From Bacteroidales bacterium (GTDB taxonomy: Bacteria; Bacteroidota; Bacteroidia; Bacteroidales; F082), in NCBI GenBank assembly GCA_029933565.1, contig JAOZNY010000002.1:1-41969 (forward strand): DNA of 41,969 nt, given 5' to 3'. The position numbers and the translations under genes were made by a program. Position 1 is the first letter of the stretch. Each line of letters begins with the position of its first letter. The notes below the pieces were generated by a model that searched no databases, was not told the DNA's origin, and saw only the letters and a list, made by a program, of their open reading frames with translations. Shown here piece after piece: positions 34,732-41,969 of the stretch.

Positions 34732-36864
34732 TTACTTATTAAAAATAGGTTTCATACCTAAATTATACATTATAAAACTGTACATGTCGGCAGCCTCCTC
34801 AATCTGTTTCTCGGTAGGTTTGCCCGCACCATGGCCTGCTTTTGTCTCAACTCTAATTAACACTGGATTTTTACCACCGTCATTTTCTTGAAGCATAGCC
34901 ATAAATTTAAATGTGTGAGCAGGAACAACCCGGTCGTCGTGGTCAGCAGTAATTGCAAGTGTTGCCGGATAGTTAACATCCTTTTTAATATTGTGAAGAG
35001 GAGAATATCCCAAGAGATATTTGAACATCTCTTCACTGTCGTCGCTGCGGCCATAATCGGCAGCCCAGGCCCAGCCAATTGTAAAATTATGGTAACGAAG
35101 CATATCCATTACTCCTACAATAGGAATGGCAACTTTAAATAATTCAGGTTGTTGTGTCATGCAAGCACCAACTAAAAGACCACCGTTAGAGCCACCAATA
35201 ATTGCAAGTTTTTCACTTGAAGTATATTTATTGGCAATCAGATATTTAGCCGCATAAATAAAATCGTCGAATACATTTTGTTTATCCTGCAATATTCCAC
35301 CTTCATGCCATTCTTCGCCATATTCGCCACCACCCCTAAGGTTTGCCATAACATAAATACCACCTTGCTCCAAAAATGCAGCCCGGCTTATACTAAAACT
35401 AGGGCTAAGACTAATATTAAATCCACCATAACCATAAAGTATTGTTGGATTGTTGCCGTCCATTTTAAGGTCTTTTTTATGAACTATGAACATTGGCACT
35501 TTTGTTCCATCCTTACTTTCGTAAAAAATTTGTTCAGTTTTATAAATTTCTGGCTCAAAGTCAACTTCAGATGATTTGTAAAGTTCAGATGTGTTGGTAG
35601 TTAAATCGTATTTATAAACACTTGAAGGATAGGTGAAAGATGTGAATCCGTAGAATGCAGTTGTTTCATCTTTTTCGCCATTGAATCCATTTAAACTACC
35701 AATTGCCGGAAGTTTAAGTTCGTTGAGCAGGTTGCCCACAAGATCGTAGAAATATGCAACATTGCTTGCATCTTTTAAGTACTGAGCAAGAAGTTTACCA
35801 CCAACTATTGATGCATTTTCAAGCACATCTTCTTTTTCTCCTATTATTGTTTTCCAGTTTTCAGTTTCAGGATTTTCAAAATCGGAAAGTATGAGTTTGC
35901 CTTTGGGTGCCTGATGGTTTGTTTTAATAAGCAATTGATTATCAATGTTGTCGACAACGCTATAATCATATTCAAAGCCTTCAGCAATTACTTTAAAATT
36001 AATATCATCGAGGTCTGTAATCTTTGCTGCATAAAGCGAATTGCCGCTAGTGCTCTCCGATTCACTAATCATTAAAAATGATTTATCTTCAGTTAAGTAG
36101 GCATAAAAATTTCTTAAGGGGTGATTTTCATCGTTAAATATTAAAACATCTTCTGATTGTTTTGTTCCCAATTTATGGTAATAAACTTTGTGAAATTGGT
36201 TTTGTCCCGAAAGTTCATCGCCTTCCTTAGGTTCATCGTAGGAAGAATAGAAGAAGCCATCTTTCCACCATGAGATGCCTGAAAATTTAACCCACTTAAT
36301 TCGTTCACCCAATATTTTACGGCTTTTTATTTCCATAACAAAAATCTCATTCCAGTCGGAGCCGCCACTTGCTGTTGAATAAGCCAGGTATTTTCCATCT
36401 TTTGAAATGCTAAGACCGGCAAGGGCAACCGTGCCATCTTCGGCCAAAAGATTTGGATTAAGCAAAACCATTGCCTGTTTTTCCAGGTCATCGGTAATGT
36501 ATAAAACACTTTGATTTTGGATACCATTATTTTTGAAAAAGAAATAGTTATCACCTTTTTTAAATGGGACACCATTTTTAGGGTAATTCCATATTTCCGT
36601 CAGTCTTTTTTCTAGATCTTCCCTAAAGGGGATTTTTGATAAATAATCGTGAGTTACATTATTTTCGGCCTTAACCCACTCTGCTGTTTCGTCTGAGTTA
36701 TCGTCTTCAAGCCAGCGATAAGGGTCACTTACTTCGTGACCAAAATAAGTATCTACACTGTCAACTGTTTTTGCCTTCGGATAATTAAGATGCTTTATTT
36801 TGCTTTCACAACTTGCCATAAAAATAAGTATTGAAACGATAATTGAAAATTGTAATGTTTTCAT
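34732..36864 (-). CDS. Prolyl endopeptidase (S9A prolyl oligopeptidase), lipoprotein
   Basis: N-terminal DPYRWLED signature, nucleophile motif GGSNGGLL, C-terminal DHDDRV and GHGAGKP. Lipobox IFMASC. 710 aa. Confidence 0.9.
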   Translation of the reverse strand: MKTLQFSIIVSILIFMASCESKIKHLNYPKAKTVDSVDTYFGHEVSDPYRWLEDDNSDETAEWVKAENNVTHDYLSKIPFREDLEKRLTEIWNYPKNGVPFKKGDNYFFFKNNGIQNQSVLYITDDLEKQAMVLLNPNLLAEDGTVALAGLSISKDGKYLAYSTASGGSDWNEIFVMEIKSRKILGERIKWVKFSGISWWKDGFFYSSYDEPKEGDELSGQNQFHKVYYHKLGTKQSEDVLIFNDENHPLRNFYAYLTEDKSFLMISESESTSGNSLYAAKITDLDDINFKVIAEGFEYDYSVVDNIDNQLLIKTNHQAPKGKLILSDFENPETENWKTIIGEKEDVLENASIVGGKLLAQYLKDASNVAYFYDLVGNLLNELKLPAIGSLNGFNGEKDETTAFYGFTSFTYPSSVYKYDLTTNTSELYKSSEVDFEPEIYKTEQIFYESKDGTKVPMFIVHKKDLKMDGNNPTILYGYGGFNISLSPSFSISRAAFLEQGGIYVMANLRGGGEYGEEWHEGGILQDKQNVFDDFIYAAKYLIANKYTSSEKLAIIGGSNGGLLVGACMTQQPELFKVAIPIVGVMDMLRYHNFTIGWAWAADYGRSDDSEEMFKYLLGYSPLHNIKKDVNYPATLAITADHDDRVVPAHTFKFMAMLQENDGGKNPVLIRVETKAGHGAGKPTEKQIEEAADMYSFIMYNLGMKPIFNK

Positions 36865-36961
36865 GGTTTATATTTTAAAATTGATTTGGTTGATTTATAT
36901 TTCAAAAAACTAAATGCATAAAATTACTATGTTATTTCAAATAAATGTCAATTTTATTTAG

Positions 36962-38296
36962 TTAATGCTTTACAACCGCCTTACTTTTCCATCTTCCCGA
37001 TTTATAGTAGAAGAATGATGTAGTAATGCCGACAAACCATGCAATTGGTATGCCCCACCAAATACCAATGTACCCATATTCCAGCGATAAGAAATAGGAT
37101 ATTGGAATTCTAACAATCCAAAGTGCTAATATTGTAATTAGCATTGGAATTAATGTGTCGCCGGCACCACGCAAGACACCTGTAAGAACAAACATGGTAG
37201 AAACAATTACGTAAAAACCACTTACCACATAAAGATATTCTGCTCCAATTTTAATAACTTCAGCATCGTTTGTAAAAAGCCCCATCAACTGATTGGCAAA
37301 AGTTAGAGTGAAAACACTAATTATTATTGCGATTATACTCATCATGAAAAGGGTGGACTTAAGTCCTTTTTCAATCCTATCAAATTTATTAGCACCTATG
37401 TTTTGTCCTACGAATGTAGAAATAGCTGCTGAGAAATTCATGGCGGGTAAAATTGCAAACATGTCGATGCGCATTGCAATGCTATAAGCTGCAATGGTTG
37501 ATGTGCCAAATTGGTTTACAATTTTGTATAAAGCCAGAAAGCCCACAGAAACAAATGTTTGCTGAAAACCTGATGGTAAACCAATTTTTAGGCTTTTTGC
37601 AAATATTGCTCTATCAAATTTCATTTTTAATGGTGAGAAATCCAGGAATTCGTGATATCTGTTAAGATACCATACAATGGTAAAAAATGCTCCTGCCTGT
37701 GCAATTACTGTTGCCGCTGCAACGCCTTTAATTCCAAAGTCAATGTAAACAACAAAAACAATGTCAAGAATAATATTAACAATGGTTGAAATAATTAGAA
37801 AGTAGAGAGGAGTTTTTGAATCTCCCAAACCACGTAGAATTGCGCTTGTTCCTTGAAACCCAAAGAAGAAAACAAATCCAAGAGCGTAAACATTGAAATA
37901 TTCAACAGCGGGGATTATAACTTCTTCGGGCAAACTAATCAGTTGAAAAATATAATCGCTGGCAAAAATACCAATGGTAGTAATTATAAGTGAGGCGAAA
38001 AACATAAAAATGTACAATGTGTCGATGGCTTTTTTAACATTGTCCATTTGTTTTGCTCCAAAATATTGTGAAATTATTACGGTGGAGCCAATTGCTATGC
38101 CTACAACAAAAGATATTAATGCAAATATTAATGGAAAATTGGCACCAACAGCAGCAAGGGCTTCTTTACCCAAAACCCTTCCAATAACAATGCTGTCGAC
38201 AACATTATACAATTGTTGGAATACATTTCCCATGAGCATAGGAAGTGCAAACTTAAAGATTAGTTTTCCTTCTTTTCCTTCGGTGAAATCTTTCAA
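36962..38296 (-). CDS. MATE family efflux transporter
   Basis: 12-helix profile with the typical N-terminal LPMLMGNVFQQLYNVVDSIVIGR motif. It appears to use a TTG start at 38296: there is no in-frame ATG upstream before a stop. Confidence 0.9.
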   Translation of the reverse strand: MKDFTEGKEGKLIFKFALPMLMGNVFQQLYNVVDSIVIGRVLGKEALAAVGANFPLIFALISFVVGIAIGSTVIISQYFGAKQMDNVKKAIDTLYIFMFFASLIITTIGIFASDYIFQLISLPEEVIIPAVEYFNVYALGFVFFFGFQGTSAILRGLGDSKTPLYFLIISTIVNIILDIVFVVYIDFGIKGVAAATVIAQAGAFFTIVWYLNRYHEFLDFSPLKMKFDRAIFAKSLKIGLPSGFQQTFVSVGFLALYKIVNQFGTSTIAAYSIAMRIDMFAILPAMNFSAAISTFVGQNIGANKFDRIEKGLKSTLFMMSIIAIIISVFTLTFANQLMGLFTNDAEVIKIGAEYLYVVSGFYVIVSTMFVLTGVLRGAGDTLIPMLITILALWIVRIPISYFLSLEYGYIGIWWGIPIAWFVGITTSFFYYKSGRWKSKAVVKH

Positions 38297-38344
38297 GCGA
38301 TAGTTTATTTGCTTTACAGATTAAAATAATCTGCACTTAGCATT

Positions 38345-38617
38345 TTATTTCTTTTTCGACTTTAGTGGATTCTCAATGTCAATCATTTTTTTTGGGTTCA
38401 TCTTTTCTACATCTTTTTTTAAATCTCCCATTTCCGATGCCACATCCTTTATGTCTTTTGCAATATCGCTATCTTCTGTTGCATTTTTAAATTCGCGGAT
38501 TCCTTTGCCGAGTCCTCTTGCTAACTCAGGTATTTTTTTGCCACCAAAAAGCAGCAATACTACCACAAGGATTACAATAATTTCGGGTCCTCCAAGCCAT
38601 CCTGCATATTGTACCAT
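38345..38617 (-). CDS. tatA: Twin-arginine translocase subunit TatA/E
   Basis: One TM helix followed by the conserved FGGKKIPELARGLGKGIREFK amphipathic region. 90 aa. Confidence 0.9.
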   Translation of the reverse strand: MVQYAGWLGGPEIIVILVVVLLLFGGKKIPELARGLGKGIREFKNATEDSDIAKDIKDVASEMGDLKKDVEKMNPKKMIDIENPLKSKKK

Positions 38618-38653
38618 ATCTTTTCTGTTTTAAACAAGTCGATTAATTAGTGA

Positions 38654-38661
38654 CAAAGATA
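38654..38661 (-). promoter_or_regulatory. Candidate -7 box (TATCTTTG) for tatA
   Basis: TAnnTTTG on the minus strand, 37 nt upstream of the ATG at 38617. Confidence 0.4.
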
Positions 38662-38663
38662 AA

Positions 38664-39374
38664 CTAAACAATCTGAATTTCTTCTTCTTTTAGAAGGTTC
38701 ATTCCCAGATACTTTCGCAATAAGTGCACAATTGTAATTACATCTTTCTGGCAATATTTAACAATGCGCTCCAAATCTTTTTCCTGCCAATATACGTTAC
38801 CAACCATACTGCCATCGATGTCATCTTTTGGAGTGGGGATGTTAAAAATAGCTGCAAGAAGTTCGAGCGACGTATAATGTTTGTAATCGCCAAACTTCCA
38901 TAATTCCATGGTGTCGATATGGCGAACTTCCCATGGTTTTTTGCCTGCAAGGTTAATAATATCAGGCAACTCAATCATATTAACAAGCATTCTTCTGGCG
39001 ATGTATGGGAAGTCGAATTCCTTCCCATTATGGGCACAAAGCAAATGGTATTTTTCGTTGAAATGATTATCGAGCAATTGTTTGAATTCGTTTAGGAATA
39101 TTTTTTCGTCATCACCATAAAACGATTTTAACCTAAATTCTTTACCATTGGCAAAACCACAACTGATGCAAACAATTTTCCCAAATTCGGCATAAATTCC
39201 AGCCATTGAATACAATTTGTCAGCAGTTTGTTCGGGGTCGTTTCGGCGGAGTTGTTCAGCCTTTTTCTCCCACAGTTTCTGCATTATTTTAGGTGCACTC
39301 TCAAAATCAGGATAAGCAGGCACAGTTTCAATATCCAGAAATAAAACATTGTTGAGTTCAAGATCTTTTAGCAT
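38664..39374 (-). CDS. 3'-5' exonuclease, RNase H-like fold (COG3298, PolB-exonuclease-related)
   Basis: Exo I-like LFLDIETVP, later CAHNGKEFDFPYI and YCQKDV motifs. I chose the ATG at 39374 (MLKDLELNNVLFLDIET). The 29 aa upstream in the track ORF look non-coding. Confidence 0.75.
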   Translation of the reverse strand: MLKDLELNNVLFLDIETVPAYPDFESAPKIMQKLWEKKAEQLRRNDPEQTADKLYSMAGIYAEFGKIVCISCGFANGKEFRLKSFYGDDEKIFLNEFKQLLDNHFNEKYHLLCAHNGKEFDFPYIARRMLVNMIELPDIINLAGKKPWEVRHIDTMELWKFGDYKHYTSLELLAAIFNIPTPKDDIDGSMVGNVYWQEKDLERIVKYCQKDVITIVHLLRKYLGMNLLKEEEIQIV

Positions 39375-39403
39375 AACATAAATTTTAGTGCTTAAAGATA
39401 GTT

Positions 39404-39411
39404 TATTTTTG
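39404..39411 (+). promoter_or_regulatory. Candidate -7 box (TATTTTTG) for the MnmC-like gene
   Basis: TAnnTTTG on the + strand, 25 nt upstream of the ATG at 39436. Confidence 0.4.
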
Positions 39412-39435
39412 TGAATCAATTTGCTTAACAGAATT

Positions 39436-40092
39436 ATGGATATTGTTTTAACTTCCGACAATTCGCATACATTTTTTAACGAAAATATTGGCGAGCATTA
39501 CCACTCAACTTTTGGTGCTATTCAAGAATCGGAACATATTTTTATTGGGGCAGGCCTGAAATATTTAGCGGAAAGAATAAGTAGTATTAGTATTTTGGAA
39601 ATGGGTTTTGGCACCGGACTGAATGCACTTCTCAGCCTTAAGTTTGCTCTTGAAAATAATTTGACTATTGATTATTTTGGAATTGAAGCCTTTCCAATAC
39701 AAATGGAAGATGCTGAGAAATTGAATTATCCCACTGTTTTAGAAATGGAGAAAGAGGTTTTTCTGAAGTTGCATAAATTTGATGAGGGTTTTATTGAAAT
39801 GGGCAATAACTTTAGGTTGCAGAAAGTATTAGGCAAGTTGAAGGAAACGGAATTGTCTCAGGGAAAATTTGATCTTGTTTTTTTTGATGCTTTTTCGCCT
39901 GAGGTTCAACCAGAACTTTGGACAGAGGAAGTGTTTGCAAAGATTTTCAATTCCATGAAAAGTGGGGGTGTTTTGACAACTTATTCCTGTAAGGGGATAG
40001 TAAAAAGAGCGCTCAGGTCGGCAGGTTTTAAAATTAAGAGACTGCCTGGTCCTCCGGGGAAAAGGGAATTTTTAAGAGCGGAGAAATTATAA
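39436..40092 (+). CDS. tRNA (mnm5s2U34) methyltransferase, stand-alone MnmC methyltransferase-domain (DUF752) protein
   Basis: HYHSTFGAIQESEHIF, MGFGTGLN, FFDAFSPEVQPELWT and TTYSCKGIVKRALRSAGF match the MnmC N-terminal domain pattern. There is no FAD oxidase domain. I chose the ATG at 39436. Confidence 0.8.
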   Translation: MDIVLTSDNSHTFFNENIGEHYHSTFGAIQESEHIFIGAGLKYLAERISSISILEMGFGTGLNALLSLKFALENNLTIDYFGIEAFPIQMEDAEKLNYPTVLEMEKEVFLKLHKFDEGFIEMGNNFRLQKVLGKLKETELSQGKFDLVFFDAFSPEVQPELWTEEVFAKIFNSMKSGGVLTTYSCKGIVKRALRSAGFKIKRLPGPPGKREFLRAEKL

Positions 40093-40099
40093 AAACTAA

Positions 40100-40134
40100 G
40101 AAGCAAGAACCAAGAGTCAAGAGTCAAGACTCGT
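40100..40134. repeat. Heptamer array GAAGCAA GAACCAA GAGTCAA GAGTCAA GACTCGT between convergent genes
   Basis: Five phased units with consensus GAnnCAA. The GAGTCAA unit is identical to the first unit of the 8671 array. gagtc/gactc can also pair as a small hairpin. Confidence 0.8.
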
Positions 40135-40160
40135 TGCGTGAAAAGAAGTGAAGGGAAAAA

Positions 40161-40430
40161 TTATTTAATGGCAAAACCGGAGTGCCCTAAGATATTCGAG
40201 AATTGTTTCTCAAGTTTGTCAACCCTTGCCCATTCCGGGCCAAAATTGCACCAATCAACAAATTCATCAACATCCTTAGAGTTTCCCTCGGCTTCAATGT
40301 AAACTGTGCCGTTAGGCTTGTTTCTAACAAAGCCCTTCAGGTTTAATTCAAGTGCTTTTTTTTGAGTGTAAAATCTAAATCCAACTCCCTGAACACGTCC
40401 AAAAACCGTAATTATTACTGACTTTTCCAT
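40161..40430 (-). CDS. acyP: Acylphosphatase
   Basis: GRVQGVGFRFYTQKKA...GFVRN..NGTVYIEAEG is the canonical acylphosphatase signature. 89 aa. Confidence 0.9.
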   Translation of the reverse strand: MEKSVIITVFGRVQGVGFRFYTQKKALELNLKGFVRNKPNGTVYIEAEGNSKDVDEFVDWCNFGPEWARVDKLEKQFSNILGHSGFAIK

Positions 40431-40999
40431 TACATCCCAAGTCTTTTATTAACTACAGAATTTATTTCTCCAAACAACTGATCAGGCAGAAAACTGCGCC
40501 AGTTAAAATCGTCAAACTCACCTTTAAATGCTATGTAATAGTCAATGTTTTCTGAGCAAAATTCGTCAACAACATGTTGCCGAAAGTTAAGTCCTACAAT
40601 CCAGCCATCGCCAATATTGTCAAACCATTCTTCATAATAATCTGAGCCACCGGAATGAAAATTGAGAACATTTTCGCCTATTAGGATAAAATGTGTAATA
40701 TCGTGAAGCATAAATTCCTCAATAACATTACGGTATAAATGCATAACATCATTATAAATAGCATCGTTCCACTCACCAATAAATTCGATTATTGCGTAGT
40801 TTGCATCATAACTAACAAATAGCACTTTTAGGTAAAGGGTGGCAGAGCCAAACTCATCCCATTGTGGGTGAATATAATAGTTGTAAACTGTATTCGACAA
40901 ATACATTTCGCTGTACTCCCTCCCAAAAAATGGAGATGCCTCATCTTCAGCAGCAACGTAGAGTTCACGCCATTTATAATATGGTTCTAGTTCGTGCAT
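40430..40999 (-). CDS. Conserved-looking hypothetical protein, acidic and aromatic-rich, no family recognised
   Basis: Clean 189-aa ORF with an ATG start. Its stop overlaps the acyP start by 1 nt (TAATG). It has no TM segment or signal peptide. Confidence 0.6.
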   Translation of the reverse strand: MHELEPYYKWRELYVAAEDEASPFFGREYSEMYLSNTVYNYYIHPQWDEFGSATLYLKVLFVSYDANYAIIEFIGEWNDAIYNDVMHLYRNVIEEFMLHDITHFILIGENVLNFHSGGSDYYEEWFDNIGDGWIVGLNFRQHVVDEFCSENIDYYIAFKGEFDDFNWRSFLPDQLFGEINSVVNKRLGM

Positions 41000-41007
41000 T
41001 TTTTTTA

Positions 41008-41116
41008 GTCATTGGTTGTTGGTCATTAGTTATTTGTGGTCATTAGTCATTAGTAGTCATTAATAGTCATTGGTCATTGGTTGTTATTGGTCATTTGTTG
41101 TATGGTTGTTGGTTGC
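41008..41116. repeat. GTCATT-word array (8 copies of GTCATT in ~90 bp, heptamers GTCATTG/GTCATTA/GTTGTTG with occasional 3-nt inserts)
   Basis: GTCATT starts at 41008, 41022, 41039, 41046, 41056, 41066, 41073 and 41090. The inverted partner aaccaatgacaaatgact at 41160-41177 is complementary (17/18) to 41065-41082. Confidence 0.8.
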
Positions 41117-41182
41117 GAAAGTTTTTGTTTTTAATTAACCAATCCCCAATTATCTAATTAACCAATGACAAATGACTAAATT

Positions 41183-41554
41183 TCAGCATCTACAAGAATA
41201 AAAACCGGCAAATGCAAATCCTATTCCCAGTATGTTTGATGCAAATAAATAGAAAAACATTTGTTTAATCTCCCCATCTTTTGTCATGCTAAGAATATCG
41301 AATGCAAAAGTTGAAAATGTTGTAAAACTCCCCAGAATACCTATAAAAATAAATGTTCGCATGGCAGGTGAAACATAAAATTTATCGAATAATCCCCATA
41401 AGAATCCTATTAAAAATGCCCCGAGTAAATTTACCAGCAATGTAGCCCAGGGGAACATACCATTGTACACTCTGTCGACAAAAAGATAGATTAAATACCT
41501 ACCAACAGCACCAATACTGCCGCCCAAAGCAATAGCCATAATTTTATAGATCAT
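41183..41554 (-). CDS. crcB: Fluoride ion channel CrcB/FluC
   Basis: GGSIGAVGRY near the N-terminus, four TM helices, GILGSFTTFSTF motif. 123 aa. Confidence 0.9.
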   Translation of the reverse strand: MIYKIMAIALGGSIGAVGRYLIYLFVDRVYNGMFPWATLLVNLLGAFLIGFLWGLFDKFYVSPAMRTFIFIGILGSFTTFSTFAFDILSMTKDGEIKQMFFYLFASNILGIGFAFAGFYSCRC

Positions 41555-41865
41555 AAGGCAAACTTTAAGCCTTTAACTGTCTTTAAGTCAGCGTATAGTT
41601 TTTGCATAACTTCCTTGCTCACAATAGTTATTTCGTAAGTAAAACTAGCATAAGTTCCTTTGCTTGAAATCTTTTTATCCTTATACGAATAATTAATATC
41701 ATGTTTTTTGAATACTTCAACAAGACCTTCATTATTTTCATCGTTGTTGATGGTGGCATCCATCATTGCCTTAAGGCCAAATGTAATGGGATAATTTATT
41801 TCCTCTTTATTGAAGTCGGTAGCAGGCTTTATGTTGCCATTTGTACTAATTTTATTTTTATCCAT
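41551..41865 (-). CDS. DUF493 (YbeD-like) family protein
   Basis: YPITFGLKAMMDA ... ISSKGTYASFTYEITIVSKEVMQKLYADLKTVKGLKFAL aligns by eye with E. coli YbeD (FPTPFTYKVMG ... SSKGNYHSVSITINA...LYEEL...VRMVL). There is an ATGA overlap with crcB. Confidence 0.75.
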   Translation of the reverse strand: MDKNKISTNGNIKPATDFNKEEINYPITFGLKAMMDATINNDENNEGLVEVFKKHDINYSYKDKKISSKGTYASFTYEITIVSKEVMQKLYADLKTVKGLKFAL

Positions 41866-41922
41866 ATTATCTATTTTTCTTTCTCTCTGTCTTGAAGTTA
41901 AATGTTACTAATTCTTAAAATG

Positions 41923-41930
41923 CAAAAATA
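41923..41930 (-). promoter_or_regulatory. Candidate -7 box (TATTTTTG) for the DUF493-crcB operon
   Basis: TAnnTTTG on the minus strand, 58 nt upstream of the ATG at 41865. Confidence 0.35.
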
Positions 41931-41969
41931 GCAAACACTTATTAATTTGTTCCTTAAAAACCAATTACC

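Noticed and set aside
39375-39461. Upstream extensions of the exonuclease ORF (to 39461) and the MnmC-like ORF (TTG at 39421), which would overlap head-to-head
   Set aside because: The extensions overlap each other and the candidate -7 box. Family-typical N-termini begin at the ATGs at 39374 and 39436.
41866-41969. Fluoride riboswitch upstream of the DUF493-crcB operon
   Set aside because: I could not find the conserved riboswitch core or a convincing pseudoknotted fold by eye. The region is very AT-rich. It is left as a check in the findings rather than called.
1-41969. The window as a genomic island, prophage or defence island
   Set aside because: There is no integrase, transposase, tRNA attachment site, phage structural gene or recognisable multi-gene defence cassette. 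The toxin-antitoxin pairs and the COG1373 ATPase are isolated among housekeeping genes.

Overview
About 42 kb of AT-rich chromosome that looks like Bacteroidota: many genes are preceded by TAnnTTTG -7 boxes, several secreted proteins have lipoprotein-type signal peptides, and glycogen synthesis uses eukaryote-like GT3 chemistry. The window is densely coding and mostly housekeeping. I found no rRNA, tRNA, CRISPR array, integrase or transposase, so it does not look like a mobile island. Gene content, left to right: (1) a tandem pair of DUF3857/DUF3858-type secreted proteins; (2) a PlsC-type acyltransferase; (3) three large secreted peptidases (M16, M13, S9); (4) a glycogen locus with an amylo-1,6-glucosidase, a GT4 synthase, a GH57 enzyme with an unexpected FliG-C-like tail, and a 1403-aa GT3 synthase/GT35 phosphorylase fusion, interrupted by a small membrane protein and a decayed toxin-antitoxin pair; (5) rpsT, radC and a COG1373-type AAA ATPase; (6) a two-gene operon (GT2-DUF2062, then an MMPL exporter-PlsC acyltransferase-methyltransferase triple fusion), my best candidate for an uncharacterised system, probably lipid or glycolipid tailoring and export; (7) an L,D-transpeptidase-like protein, an intact PIN toxin-antitoxin pair, a long PiT phosphate transporter, a prolyl endopeptidase, a MATE pump, tatA, a COG3298-type exonuclease, an MnmC-type methyltransferase, acyP plus an unknown coupled gene, and DUF493-crcB. 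The non-coding DNA is unusual. Many intergenic gaps hold hairpins or arrays built from short phased words: heptamers such as GAGTCAA and GTCATTG, and 9/18-mers such as AACAACGAC. A few GC-rich palindromes stand out from the AT-rich background. Three GTAATGnnnTACA boxes sit exactly 32 bp apart on the ATPase promoter. All protein family calls come from motif recognition by eye, not from searches.
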